NCBI GenBank assembly: GCA_945864585.1
Contig: CAMBCF010000001.1
Coordinates: 3,825-67,824, forward strand
DNA from: Bordetella parapertussis
GTDB taxonomy: Bacteria; Pseudomonadota; Gammaproteobacteria; Burkholderiales; SG8-41
Length of the DNA stretch: 64,000 nucleotides
Direction of reading: 5' to 3'
Below the pieces are notes generated by a model, which did no database searches, was not told where the DNA came from, and saw only the letters and a list, made by a program, of their open reading frames with translations. Positions 18,171 to 26,577 of the stretch are shown here, piece after piece; the first letter of the stretch is position 1, and the number at the start of each line of letters is the position of its first letter. A program made the position numbers and the translations under genes.

Positions 18171-18410
18171 TTGCGCCGCTTGCAGGACGGCGAAAACATC
18201 CCGCTGCCGCATTCCCGCCTGATGCCGTCCATCGGCAAAGCGTGTCACGAATTGCGCATACAGGATGAGATGAAAACCTGGCGCATTGTTTACCATATTG
18301 ACATTGATGCCATAGCGATTCTCGTAGTGTTTTCCAAGGCAACGCAACAAACGCCCAAACTGGTTATTGACACCTGCAAGGCACGGTTGCGCCGTTACCA
18401 GTCCATTTGA
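18171..18410 (+). CDS. RelE/HigB-family toxin, apparently N-terminally truncated
   Basis: ...LQDGENIPLPHSRLMPSIGKACHELRIQDEMKTWRIVYHIDIDAIAILVVFSKATQQTPKLVIDTCKARLRRY matches the C-terminal two thirds of HigB-like toxins. The frame opens only at 18159 and the sole start is TTG. Confidence 0.55.
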   Translation: MRRLQDGENIPLPHSRLMPSIGKACHELRIQDEMKTWRIVYHIDIDAIAILVVFSKATQQTPKLVIDTCKARLRRYQSI

Positions 18411-18429
18411 ATTTGTGAGAGAAAAACTT

Positions 18430-18759
18430 ATGAACAAAGCAAGGCTCCAGAAACTTCAGGCGGCAGGCTGGAAGATTGGCAGCACCAGGGATTTTCTGAA
18501 ACTGAGTGACGAAGAAGTCATGCTGGTGGAGCTCAAGCTGTCGCTGACCAGCGTACTCAAGCAGGCGAGAGCAAAGCGCCGCTTGTCGCAAATTGATCTT
18601 GCGCAGCGCATGGGATCCAGCCAATCACGCGTGGCTAAAATCGAAGCCGGCGACCCGGCTGTGTCACTGGATTTGATCGTGCGCGCATTGTTGGCGGCAG
18701 GTGCTACACGGCAGGAGTTGCAACGCGCGTTTGTGCCCAAGGAAAAAATGGCTGCGTAA
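18430..18759 (+). CDS. XRE-family HTH antitoxin (HigA-like)
   Basis: MNKARLQKL...RRLSQIDLAQRMGSSQSRVAKIEAGDPAVSLDLIVRAL is an HTH_XRE. It starts 20 nt after the toxin stop. Confidence 0.8.
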   Translation: MNKARLQKLQAAGWKIGSTRDFLKLSDEEVMLVELKLSLTSVLKQARAKRRLSQIDLAQRMGSSQSRVAKIEAGDPAVSLDLIVRALLAAGATRQELQRAFVPKEKMAA

Positions 18760-18800
18760 TCCGCTCTGTACTGTACGATAATGAAAGTCCCTATATCGCC

Positions 18801-18883
18801 CTACGCAAGCTACGTTTGCTACTTTGCTAGACCTGACCCCTATGCAAGCTACGTTTGCTACTTTGCTAGACCTGACCCCTATG
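18801..18883. repeat. 39-bp direct tandem repeat, 2.1 copies (1 mismatch)
   Basis: ctaYgcaagctacgtttgctactttgctagacctgaccc at 18801-18839 and 18840-18878, then partial ctatg. Confidence 0.9.
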
Positions 18884-18978
18884 TTCAGAAATGGGAAATT
18901 GGCGACAAGAAGCCAAGCGGGCCGGCATTGAAGCTGCTTAATATCGTTGAGCGTAAGGGCTTGAAGGCACTGGCATAG
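18883..18978 (+). pseudogene. C-terminal remnant of an HTH antitoxin (NadS/MqsA-like tail)
   Basis: VQKWEIGDKKPSGPALKLLNIVERKGLKALA matches the ...WEQGRRxPsGpAxxLLxi... tail. The upstream part of the 65-aa ORF is only the translated tandem repeat. Confidence 0.5.
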
Positions 18979-19193
18979 GCGGAAATCGCGAATGTGATTT
19001 TGAAAGACCTAACCCCGTGACCGGACTGGACCGAAATTTAGCAAGGGCATGCACGCACGCATGGGGTCGCGTCTTGCCCATTGCCTATTCACTTATTATT
19101 TTCCTATTACTATTTTTGCCTATCGCGAGAGACGAGGTCTTTCATTACCACATCCCTTCGGTGTAAGCCTCAATAGCCTGAGAAATTCCGCAA

Positions 19194-19982
19194 TCAAAAC
19201 AGTCCCTTGGTTCCGCCGCCGTCGACCGAGATCGCCGCGCCCTGGATGTGGCTAGCGGCGGGAGAGACCAGGAAGAGCGCCAAGGCTGCAACATCCTCCG
19301 GCTGGCCCAGGCGGCGAACGCCGGCTTTCTTGGCTGTTTCAGCCGCGACCTGCTCAACCGTCTTGTTCTCGGCCGCGGCCTGCTGTTTGACGAGTTCGGC
19401 ATTGCGGTCGGTTTCAGTGCGGCCGGGATGAATGGTGTTGACATTGACACCGTCACGGATGCCGAGGCTCGACAAGCCCTTGCTAAAACTGGCCATGGCC
19501 GCGTTGACTGTGCTGCCGATCAAATTTCCGGGATTGGGAGTACGCGCCATGCCGCCGTCGATATTGACGATATTGCCCTGCGCCTCGACGAGCATCGGCC
19601 AGAACAGGCGCGACAGACGGACAGCGCCAAAGAATTTCAATGCGAAGCCGTCCATCCAGATTTCGTCGGACTGTTCAAGGAAATTGCCCGCCTTGGTTGC
19701 GCCGGCCGAGTTGACCAGGATGTCGCAACGGCCGTGCGCCTCTTTCACCTTTGCGAAAACCGCTTGGCAACCTTCAGGCGTGCCGAGGTCGGCGGCGACG
19801 ATGGTCGGCTTCAGGGCCTTGGTCGCGGCGATCTCGTCGGCGGTCTTCTTGAGATTGGCTTCCGACTTGGCAGCGAGCACCGTCTGCGCTCCCTGCGCGG
19901 CGAGGGCCTTGGCGATGGCGCGGCCGATGCCACGGCTGCCGCCGCTGATCACTGCAACTTTTCCGGACAATTCGTTCGACAT
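19194..19982 (-). CDS. SDR-family oxidoreductase (FabG-like)
   Basis: GKVAVISGGSRGIGRAIA (TGxxxGxG) and typical SDR length. Confidence 0.9.
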   Translation of the reverse strand: MSNELSGKVAVISGGSRGIGRAIAKALAAQGAQTVLAAKSEANLKKTADEIAATKALKPTIVAADLGTPEGCQAVFAKVKEAHGRCDILVNSAGATKAGNFLEQSDEIWMDGFALKFFGAVRLSRLFWPMLVEAQGNIVNIDGGMARTPNPGNLIGSTVNAAMASFSKGLSSLGIRDGVNVNTIHPGRTETDRNAELVKQQAAAENKTVEQVAAETAKKAGVRRLGQPEDVAALALFLVSPAASHIQGAAISVDGGGTKGLF

Positions 19983-20191
19983 GGGCTCATTCCTTCCTGA
20001 ATAGTTTTGACAAAGAGAAACAACTCGCGATTGTGGTTATGGTACCCACCTTAACTGCCTGAAAAGGCGACCGTCAACGAAGACGAGGCGGATCGCCGTG
20101 ATGCCGAGAAAATGCCGCGACGCTAGCCGCTTGCCGAAGAATAGCGCGTCCAACGCCAGTTCCGCAATGACCGCGGGGTTAGGCCAAGTAG

Positions 20192-20261
20192 CCCGTTCGG
20201 GCTGAGCTTGTCGAAGCCCGGTCTCATAGCAAGACCCTTCGACAAGCTCAGGGCGAACGGG
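20192..20261. repeat. REP-type hairpin (25-bp arms, 2 mismatches)
   Basis: cccgttcgggctgagcttgtcgaag (20192-20216) pairs with cttcgacaagctcagggcgaacggg (20237-20261). It is the widespread repeat that translates as ...PELVEG... in spurious ORFs. Confidence 0.75.
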
Positions 20262-20301
20262 GGTAACGCGAACAGTGTTGCGACCTACCCTCTTTGCTTC
20301 T

Positions 20302-20502
20302 CTACCTCGCCGCAGCCGGAAATGCGGGCAGTTTGCCAAGGTCGCGCGGGTCATGCTGGGTAATCACCGTGGCCTTGAGATTCGCCGTGAGTTTCTTGAC
20401 GCGATCAATCGAGGCTAGCGTTTCATCACGATTGACGTTGAAGGCGGGTACGCCGCTGCTTCCATAATTTTCACGGACTTGCGCAAGATCATCGCTCAAC
20501 AA
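20302..20502 (-). pseudogene. C-terminal fragment of an MBL-fold hydrolase (N-acyl-homoserine-lactonase-like)
   Basis: ...RENYGSSGVPAFNVNRDETLASIDRVKKLTANLKATVITQHDPRDLGKLPAFP resembles the family C-terminus. The N-terminal ~200 aa are missing, and it abuts the Bug gene. Confidence 0.45.
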
Positions 20503-20514
20503 CGCTCGCGATGC

Positions 20515-21531
20515 TCACTCCTGCTGGATCCCCGCCGATTTCATCACCTTTGCCCACTTGTCGAAGTCGCGCTTGATCTGTGCCGAGAAATCGGCGGGTG
20601 TTCCCGGCGTCGGCGTGGCACCCAGCGTGGCATAACGCTCCCGCACTTCCGCGAGGTTGAGCAGCCGGCTTACCTCGGTGTTGACCTGGCGCACCACGGC
20701 ATCCGGCATGCCCCTGGGGCCGACCAGGCCGTACCACACCAGCGCCTCAAAACCCGGCAGCCCCGATTCGGCGACTGTCGGCAGATTCGGCGCCAGCGGT
20801 GTGCGCGTGCTGCCACTGGTCGCCAGCGCGCGCAGGCGTCCGCTGGTGAGGTGCGGGTCTGAAATGGTGATGTCGCTGAATCCCAGTTGCACCTGTCCGC
20901 CGATAATATCCACCAGCGCAGGCGCAGCGCCCTTGTACGGCACATGGGTCAATTCCACCTTGGACAGCATCTTGAAAAGCTCGCTCGCCAGATGACTCGG
21001 CGTGCCGGCGCCGGCGGTGGCATAAGCGGCGGGGGTCGCACGCTTGCGCAGCCAGGTCACCAGCTCCGGCACCGTTTTGGCGTCTACCGACGGATGCACC
21101 ACCAGCAAATACGGACTGATCGACACCATGGCTATCGCCGTAAAGTCCCGAAACGGGTCGTACGGCAATGCGCGGTAGTAACTCGGCGCGATCACATGCG
21201 GCCCCGCCGCGGTCATGATCCACGTATAGCCATCGGGCGTCGCCTTCGCCGCGAGCGCGTTGCCCACGGTGCCGGCCGCGCCCGGACGATAATCGATGAC
21301 GATGGGCTGGCCGAATTTTTCTGTGAGATGATGCGTGAGCACCCTTGAGGTGACATCCGTGCCGCCGCCCGGCGCGAAGCCGATCAGCAAATGGATCGGT
21401 TTGACCGGATACGCCTGTCCTGCGCCCGTCGAAGCGGGCTGCGCGAATACGGCCGCTGCGCTCACTGCGAACGCGCCAAACAATAGCTTGATTTCCCGAT
21501 GCAAGAGGCCCCCTGCGCTCATGTTGAACAT
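20515..21531 (-). CDS. Bug-family (TctC-like) substrate-binding protein
   Basis: YPVKPIHLLIGFAPGGGTD, FGQPIVIDYRPGAAG. Confidence 0.9.
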   Translation of the reverse strand: MFNMSAGGLLHREIKLLFGAFAVSAAAVFAQPASTGAGQAYPVKPIHLLIGFAPGGGTDVTSRVLTHHLTEKFGQPIVIDYRPGAAGTVGNALAAKATPDGYTWIMTAAGPHVIAPSYYRALPYDPFRDFTAIAMVSISPYLLVVHPSVDAKTVPELVTWLRKRATPAAYATAGAGTPSHLASELFKMLSKVELTHVPYKGAAPALVDIIGGQVQLGFSDITISDPHLTSGRLRALATSGSTRTPLAPNLPTVAESGLPGFEALVWYGLVGPRGMPDAVVRQVNTEVSRLLNLAEVRERYATLGATPTPGTPADFSAQIKRDFDKWAKVMKSAGIQQE

Positions 21532-21576
21532 GAGTGAACAATGCTACCGGATTTATGCTTCGCTGGCGCCGAATTT

Positions 21577-22002
21577 CTATCCGGCACTCACCGGCAACTT
21601 GATCTGCTTCCCGGCCTTGATGAATCCTTGATCCAGCGACCATATTTTTCTGGCGCCGTGATTCGCCGCAACCGCCAGATGCAACGCATCTCCCGCCCGC
21701 AGTCCGGTCCTGGGTATGTCGAAAAATTTCGTGGCGGTTGCAAAGTCTGCCGCAGTGGGTAAGAGCAGCCTGAAAGACTCATCCAGAATTTTGCGCAGCT
21801 CGCGCCGCACGGCTTCGGCATCGGCCGCCGATAGCTCACCCATGCGCAGCTTGCGTGCCACGAGGCTGCCGAGTTCGATCTGCGTCCATAGGCTCGTTGT
21901 CAGTTCACCAGGTTTCACTTTCAGGACCATGGCCTCTACCGCTGCGCTGCTGTCCTCGGTAATCACCAGCGGGACGATGATGCTGGTATCCAGATAGATC
22001 AT
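21577..22002 (-). CDS. vapC: PIN-domain toxin VapC
   Basis: MIYLDTSIIVPL...GDALHLAVAANHGARKIWSLD carries the PIN acidic residues. Its ATG overlaps the antitoxin stop (ATGA). Confidence 0.9.
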   Translation of the reverse strand: MIYLDTSIIVPLVITEDSSAAVEAMVLKVKPGELTTSLWTQIELGSLVARKLRMGELSAADAEAVRRELRKILDESFRLLLPTAADFATATKFFDIPRTGLRAGDALHLAVAANHGARKIWSLDQGFIKAGKQIKLPVSAG

Positions 22003-22235
22003 CAATAGCCTTCATCCCGCAACCGTCGGATCAGATCCACGCTCGGCGTTTTGGCTTTTCGTAAGGTAGAGCGAAACGCAGCGCGAGACCGAAATGCTTT
22101 TTTCGACGCCGCAATAGGCACGAGTTTGGCGACAGCTTCACCGCGCCGCATGATGATGGTTTCTTCGCCGTTTTCAGCCTTGCTCACGAGCGCGCTCAGA
22201 TGGGCTTTGGCTTCGGCCAGATTGATGGCGGACAT
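22002..22235 (-). CDS. Phd/YefM-type antitoxin
   Basis: MSAINLAEAKAHLSALVSKAENGEETIIMRRGEAVAKLVPI is the canonical Phd/YefM N-terminus. Confidence 0.85.
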   Translation of the reverse strand: MSAINLAEAKAHLSALVSKAENGEETIIMRRGEAVAKLVPIAASKKAFRSRAAFRSTLRKAKTPSVDLIRRLRDEGY

Positions 22236-22344
22236 GGCGTGCTCCAGTTAGTCATGATGTTGGTCATATCATATAGGATTCAACGCGGCGGTGCAAAATC
22301 AAAGGGGCCAGGCTCGATAATCCCGCAGTGCCTGATCCAGCGTT

Positions 22345-22896
22345 TCACTTTTTCGCGAGTTGCGGATAAAGCCCCACATACCCCGCCTTAGCCCGATGCT
22401 CGGCGTTGGCCCTGGCGCGCTCGGGGCTCATCGGCACGAAGCCGTGACCGTGGATGATTTTGGACATGAACGTCATTCGCGCCGTGACCGCGACCGCGCT
22501 GTGGTAAGCCTGCTCGTCCCATCCGGCGGCGAACACGGCATCGGCGTCGCTCTGCGACACTGCGGTGGGCGTGAGCGCGAGCTTGCGCACCAATGCCAGC
22601 AGCGGCTTTAACTTCGCGCTGACCGGGGCGCTGGCAACATCCGCCACCAGTTTCTCAACCACGCCCGGTTCGATGCCGCGTGATACTGCGGCTGCGGTAT
22701 GCGCCACGTAGGCGAACTGGCAGTTGATGAGCCCGGCCACGAACGCCTGGATCATCTCGCGCTCGCCCGGCGACAGCGGTGACGGCCCATTGATCAGCGC
22801 CTGCCCCATCTCGGCCCAGTGGCGGTAAATCTCCGGGTACGCATGAAACACGTCGCCAGGTCCGGACTTTTCGTTGTGCGATTTCAGGAAGGGCAT
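22345..22896 (-). CDS. Carboxymuconolactone decarboxylase (AhpD-like) family, peroxidase-related enzyme
   Basis: LSPGEREMIQAFVAGLINCQFAYVAHTAAA is a CMD-domain motif. Start taken at MPFLK. Confidence 0.8.
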   Translation of the reverse strand: MPFLKSHNEKSGPGDVFHAYPEIYRHWAEMGQALINGPSPLSPGEREMIQAFVAGLINCQFAYVAHTAAAVSRGIEPGVVEKLVADVASAPVSAKLKPLLALVRKLALTPTAVSQSDADAVFAAGWDEQAYHSAVAVTARMTFMSKIIHGHGFVPMSPERARANAEHRAKAGYVGLYPQLAKK

Positions 22897-23004
22897 GGTG
22901 GTCTCCAAAGGTCAGTAGGGCGTTGGGGCAGGTCTTTTGTTATCGTACGCTTTGGGAAATATGGCCTGTGCGTAATCAAGCCGGCTTCGTATGCATCTTC
23001 AACC

Positions 23005-23269
23005 CTAGCGCCTTGCAGACTTTATCACCGTGGCAAAGCTGGGGTCACCGTCTGGTGAAAGCGCCTTGTAGAGCCCTTCACGCGTGAGGCCGGTATCGCG
23101 CGCCAATTGCATCATGCCACGCGCGCGCAATGTCGCCGAGCGCCGCGACGACCACCGCCGGTTCACCATCGGATTCGTCAATGGCGGCTTGCAGATAGAG
23201 CGCGCAATCTTTTTCGCTCTTGAGATACGCCGCAGCATCGTAGGGGCGGGTTTGCAGTTTCTTGGCCAT
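23005..23269 (-). pseudogene. Frameshifted addiction-module antidote protein (HigA family, TIGR02684-like)
   Basis: MAKKLQTRPYDAAAYLKSEKDCALYLQAAIDESDGEPAVVVAALGDIARA continues in another frame as RGMMQLARDTGLTREGLYKALSPDGDPSFATVIK. One frameshift lies near 23110-23120. Confidence 0.7.
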
Positions 23270-23271
23270 GA

Positions 23272-23334
23272 TTAGCTCCTATACCCATACGATGACGACC
23301 ACTCAGAAAAAACGACAGTCTCGCGGATTTCGAT
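23272..23334 (-). pseudogene. About 20-codon remnant of the cognate addiction-module killer (RelE-like, TIGR02683-like)
   Basis: IEIRETVVFSEW matches the family N-terminus (MIEIRxTxxFxxW). The start codon is lost (Cys codon) and the ORF stops after SSSYGYRS. Confidence 0.5.
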
Positions 23335-23540
23335 GCACTGGCCTCGATGAAGGCAAGCAGGCTGGTTGATGCCAGCTTGTAACGTGCAAGGCCGCCTTAC
23401 GCAGCCTGCGCCCATCCCCATGCTGGACACAGTGAAATGCCTACGCACAGAACGCGCGCCGAGATTCGCGAGCGGACAGCATTCCGGGTTCAGTGGATGG
23501 GAGTAGAATTCCCGCAACACAAATTCAGGGAGCGCCCGCC

Positions 23541-24392
23541 ATGGTAATCACCCTCGAACGTCAGACTTTTACCACCGAACCTTTGTCTCCCGTCCTCGGT
23601 GCTGCGATTGTGGGCCTGGATCTGCGCCAGCCGCTGGCAGAGGCCACGAAACGCGCGGTTTACGACGCCTTCGTCCAATATCACGTGCTGTGCTTTCGCG
23701 ATCAGCATCTGGATCAGGACCAGCAGATTGCCTTTACGCAACAATTCGGCACGCTGGAGCGCCACATCGCCAGCAATCGCGGCACGGTAAACCCGCTGGT
23801 GCATATCGTCACCAATCTGGGTGCTGACGGGAAACCCAGCGGCAAGGTCGCCTCCACCCGCTGGCATTCCGACAAATCGTTCCGCGCCCAGCCCTCGCTC
23901 GCAACCATTCTCCACGCTTTGGTGATGCCGCCGGATGGGGGAGAGACCTGTTTCGCTAACATGATCGCAGCGTACGAGGCGCTGCCGCAGGCCGAAAAGG
24001 CGGAACTCGATGGTGTGCGCGTGGTGCATAGCTGGGAGATTTCCCAGGCTCGCGCGGGGACCAAAGCCCCGCCGGAAGAAATCGCCGACGCCCCACCCAT
24101 GTCGCATCCACTGGTGCGCACGATCCAGGAAACCGGCAGCAAGGCGCTGTTCATGGGGGAACGCGCCGTCTTCTTCGAAGGCCATCCTGAGGAAGCTGGC
24201 CACGCGCGCCTGGAAAAACTGACCGCGCACGCGGTGGAGGAACGTTTCGTCTACCGCCACAAATGGATGGCGGGCGACCTGCTGATGTGGGATAACCGCT
24301 GCCTGCTGCATCGCGCCAACACCAATTTCGACGCGGCGCGCTACCCACGGGTGCTGCAGCGTACCTGTGTGCGCGGCACGGCGCCCGCCTGA
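23541..24392 (+). CDS. TauD/TfdA-family Fe(II)/2-oxoglutarate dioxygenase
   Basis: RWHSDKSF (HxD iron motif) and a C-terminal ...WDNRCLLHRA motif. Confidence 0.9.
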   Translation: MVITLERQTFTTEPLSPVLGAAIVGLDLRQPLAEATKRAVYDAFVQYHVLCFRDQHLDQDQQIAFTQQFGTLERHIASNRGTVNPLVHIVTNLGADGKPSGKVASTRWHSDKSFRAQPSLATILHALVMPPDGGETCFANMIAAYEALPQAEKAELDGVRVVHSWEISQARAGTKAPPEEIADAPPMSHPLVRTIQETGSKALFMGERAVFFEGHPEEAGHARLEKLTAHAVEERFVYRHKWMAGDLLMWDNRCLLHRANTNFDAARYPRVLQRTCVRGTAPA

Positions 24393-24432
24393 CTCGATAC
24401 TGCCTAGGCGAGGACCTTAAGGTCCAGTTCAG

Positions 24433-24511
24433 TAGGTTGGGCTGGTAAGCCCAACATCAGCGGTGTACGACATGCGAACGTTGGGGTTCGCTATGCTCAC
24501 CGCCAACCTAC
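24433..24511. repeat. REPIN-like element, GTAGGTTGG...CCAACCTAC
   Basis: The outer stem gtaggttgg / ccaacctac encloses an inner gttgggc/gcccaac hairpin. Confidence 0.6.
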
Positions 24512-24542
24512 GGCTGCATGACCGGGCTCGTGCAGGGTATGC

Positions 24543-24628
24543 GTAGCCCGGATGTAGGCCGAAGGCCGCAATCCGGGGAACAGCTTCCCCCCCCCCCAAG
24601 GGGATGCGCTGCGCTTCTTCCGGGCTAC
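24543..24628. repeat. REPIN-like element, GTAGCCCGGA...TCCGGGCTAC, containing a C11 tract
   Basis: Outer stem gtagcccgga / tccgggctac, inner ggccgaaggcc hairpin. A run of 11 C lies at 24587-24597. Confidence 0.6.
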
Positions 24629-24668
24629 GGGCTGGCTGATCAATTGCCTTTGCTTCGTCGCGCGTATC

Positions 24669-25457
24669 TCAGTCCTCTGCAACCACCTTGTTACGCAGTA
24701 TGCCGACGCCGGAGATGTCAACTTCGCACACATCGCCGGGCTTCATGTTGCGCGGCGAGCCATCGGTGCCCATCCACATCACGTCGCCCGGGTAGAGCGT
24801 GCAGTACTTGCTCACCTCGGCGATGTAGGTCTCGACGTCGTGGATCATGTCGGCGGTGCCAAAGCGATCGACTTCCTCGCCGTTCAGGCGCACCACGGTG
24901 GTCATCTTGCGGTAGTCAACGCCGGTGACGATCCACGGCCCCATCGGCTTGAAGCTGTCTGCGTTTTTTCCGCGCCACAGCGTGCGGTCGCCGCGCTGCC
25001 AGGTGCGCTCGCTGACATCGTTGCCGATGGTCCAGCCGAACACGTGGTCCAGCGCCTTGTCCGCGGGGATCTTTTTGCCCTGCTTGCCGATCACGGCGAC
25101 GAGTTCGCCTTCGTACTGAAATATCTCGCCGGCGTCTTTCGGCTTGACGATCGGATCGTCGTGCGCGCACAGCGCGTTGTTGGCGCGGTAGCCGATGTCC
25201 GGTCTTTGCGGGAATACCGGCTCGACACCCCGGCGCTTGGCTGCCTGGATGATGTGCTCGCGATAATTGATGCCCACGCAGTAGAACGTCGATGGCACCG
25301 TGGGAATCAACAGCTTCACCGACGACAACGCATGCCGCGTCGACGTTACCGTGTGAGCGCCCCAGGGCGCGCCGTCCACCGCGACGACGCTGTCACCGTC
25401 GATCCTGCCGTAGCACACCTTGTCAACTGCCTGAAACCTGCACCATTTCGTGCTCAT
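24669..25457 (-). CDS. Fumarylacetoacetate hydrolase (FAH) family protein
   Basis: ...YEGELVAVIGKQGKKI...GWTIGNDVSERTWQ...KNADSFKPMGPWIVT are typical FAH-domain motifs. Confidence 0.9.
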   Translation of the reverse strand: MSTKWCRFQAVDKVCYGRIDGDSVVAVDGAPWGAHTVTSTRHALSSVKLLIPTVPSTFYCVGINYREHIIQAAKRRGVEPVFPQRPDIGYRANNALCAHDDPIVKPKDAGEIFQYEGELVAVIGKQGKKIPADKALDHVFGWTIGNDVSERTWQRGDRTLWRGKNADSFKPMGPWIVTGVDYRKMTTVVRLNGEEVDRFGTADMIHDVETYIAEVSKYCTLYPGDVMWMGTDGSPRNMKPGDVCEVDISGVGILRNKVVAED

Positions 25458-25508
25458 GCTTAATCTCCCTTTGTGTTCAAACGAAAGCGGCTTCGCCCGT
25501 GATGACCG

Positions 25509-26453
25509 CTATAACGCGACGATCGGATCGCCCTCAACCGCCTTCGAGGGCTTGCCGTCCACGCCGACCGGCACATCACCGACCAGCGTGACACGATAGA
25601 ACTGGCGGTCGAAGTCCGAATCGAAGATATCCCTGGGCGCCAGGTGCGCGGTGGCGCGGTTATCCCAGAACGCGACGCTGCCTGGCGCCCAGCGAAAGCG
25701 CACGGTGAATTCCGGGCGCACGACATGCTCCCACAGGAATTCGAGCAGCACCTGGCTCTCGCGCGGCGACAAGCCGACAATCGACTTCAGGAACGACGGG
25801 CTCACGAACAGCGCCCGCTCGCCGGTTTCCGGATGCACTCTGACGATGGGGTGCTCGCTCACCAGGATGCGCTTGCGCATCAGTTCCCGATACTCCGGCG
25901 TCTCGTCCACGCCGGACGGCGGCGCGAATCGATGCACGCCGCGCAAGCCATCAGCGAATTTTTGCATCACCGGCGACAGCGCGTTGTAGGCTGCGACCAG
26001 ACTGGTGAACAGGGTGTCGCCGCCGTAGGGCGGCACGATATCGCCGCGCAGCATTGACGCCGCCGGCGGATTGATTGCCGCTGTGATGTCGGTGTGCCAA
26101 CCCGACCACGCGCGGAACAGGGTTTGACCCTGGAAGCGGTTGGCCTTGCGGTTCTTGGCCACCGAATAAATCTGCGGATACTCGCCGTCGCTGCCATAGA
26201 CGACGTGTCCGGCGGTGGTTTCGCCGAACTGGCGCGCGGCAGCGATATGCTTACCGTGATCGAGCGTCTGATTGTGAAAAAAGACTACCTTCCAGCGCAG
26301 TAGCGCCGTACGGATTGCACTCACCTGCTGCGGCGGCAACGGACGCGACAGATCGACACCGCGGATCTCGGCGCCGATATGAATTGCCATTGGAACGACA
26401 TCGACTGCCCCGGCTTGTTGCGCTACCGCTTCCCGCACCGCTGATACTGACAT
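25509..26453 (-). CDS. TauD/TfdA-family Fe(II)/2-oxoglutarate dioxygenase
   Basis: GWHTDITAAINPPAASMLRG (HxD) and ...WDNRATAHLA. Confidence 0.9.
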   Translation of the reverse strand: MSVSAVREAVAQQAGAVDVVPMAIHIGAEIRGVDLSRPLPPQQVSAIRTALLRWKVVFFHNQTLDHGKHIAAARQFGETTAGHVVYGSDGEYPQIYSVAKNRKANRFQGQTLFRAWSGWHTDITAAINPPAASMLRGDIVPPYGGDTLFTSLVAAYNALSPVMQKFADGLRGVHRFAPPSGVDETPEYRELMRKRILVSEHPIVRVHPETGERALFVSPSFLKSIVGLSPRESQVLLEFLWEHVVRPEFTVRFRWAPGSVAFWDNRATAHLAPRDIFDSDFDRQFYRVTLVGDVPVGVDGKPSKAVEGDPIVAL

Positions 26454-26577
26454 GGCTAGCTCTCCTTAGGGTTGATCCCAAACCCGATTCTGCGCGCAGT
26501 TCGGCCGCGAATGCAACTGGTAGCCGTTTCCAATATAGTGTGGGCTGGCGGAATGTAGCAGCGACCAGGGAGAATTC

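Noticed and set aside
20037-20354. 105-aa minus-strand ORF
   Set aside because: Its middle (VRPELVEGSCYETGLRQAQPERA) is the translation of the REP-type hairpin at 20192-20261, and the flanks have no family resemblance.
18000-20500. Integrated mobile element (prophage, IS or integron) explaining the toxin-antitoxin and fragment cluster
   Set aside because: No integrase, transposase, terminal inverted repeat or attC-like site could be identified by eye. Only scars are visible: toxin-antitoxin remnants, the 39-bp duplication and a REP hairpin.
23490-24311. 273-aa minus-strand ORF
   Set aside because: It is antisense to the TauD gene, which carries the HxD and C-terminal family motifs.
24587-24597. 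C11 homopolymer as a phase-variation switch
   Set aside because: It lies between the 3-prime ends of two convergent genes and inside a REPIN-like element, not in a promoter or a coding 5-prime region. Sequencing-length uncertainty is also possible.
24497-24928. 78-aa and 136-aa ORFs in the 24.4-24.7 kb spacer
   Set aside because: They are translations of the REPIN-like elements and of antisense FAH sequence.
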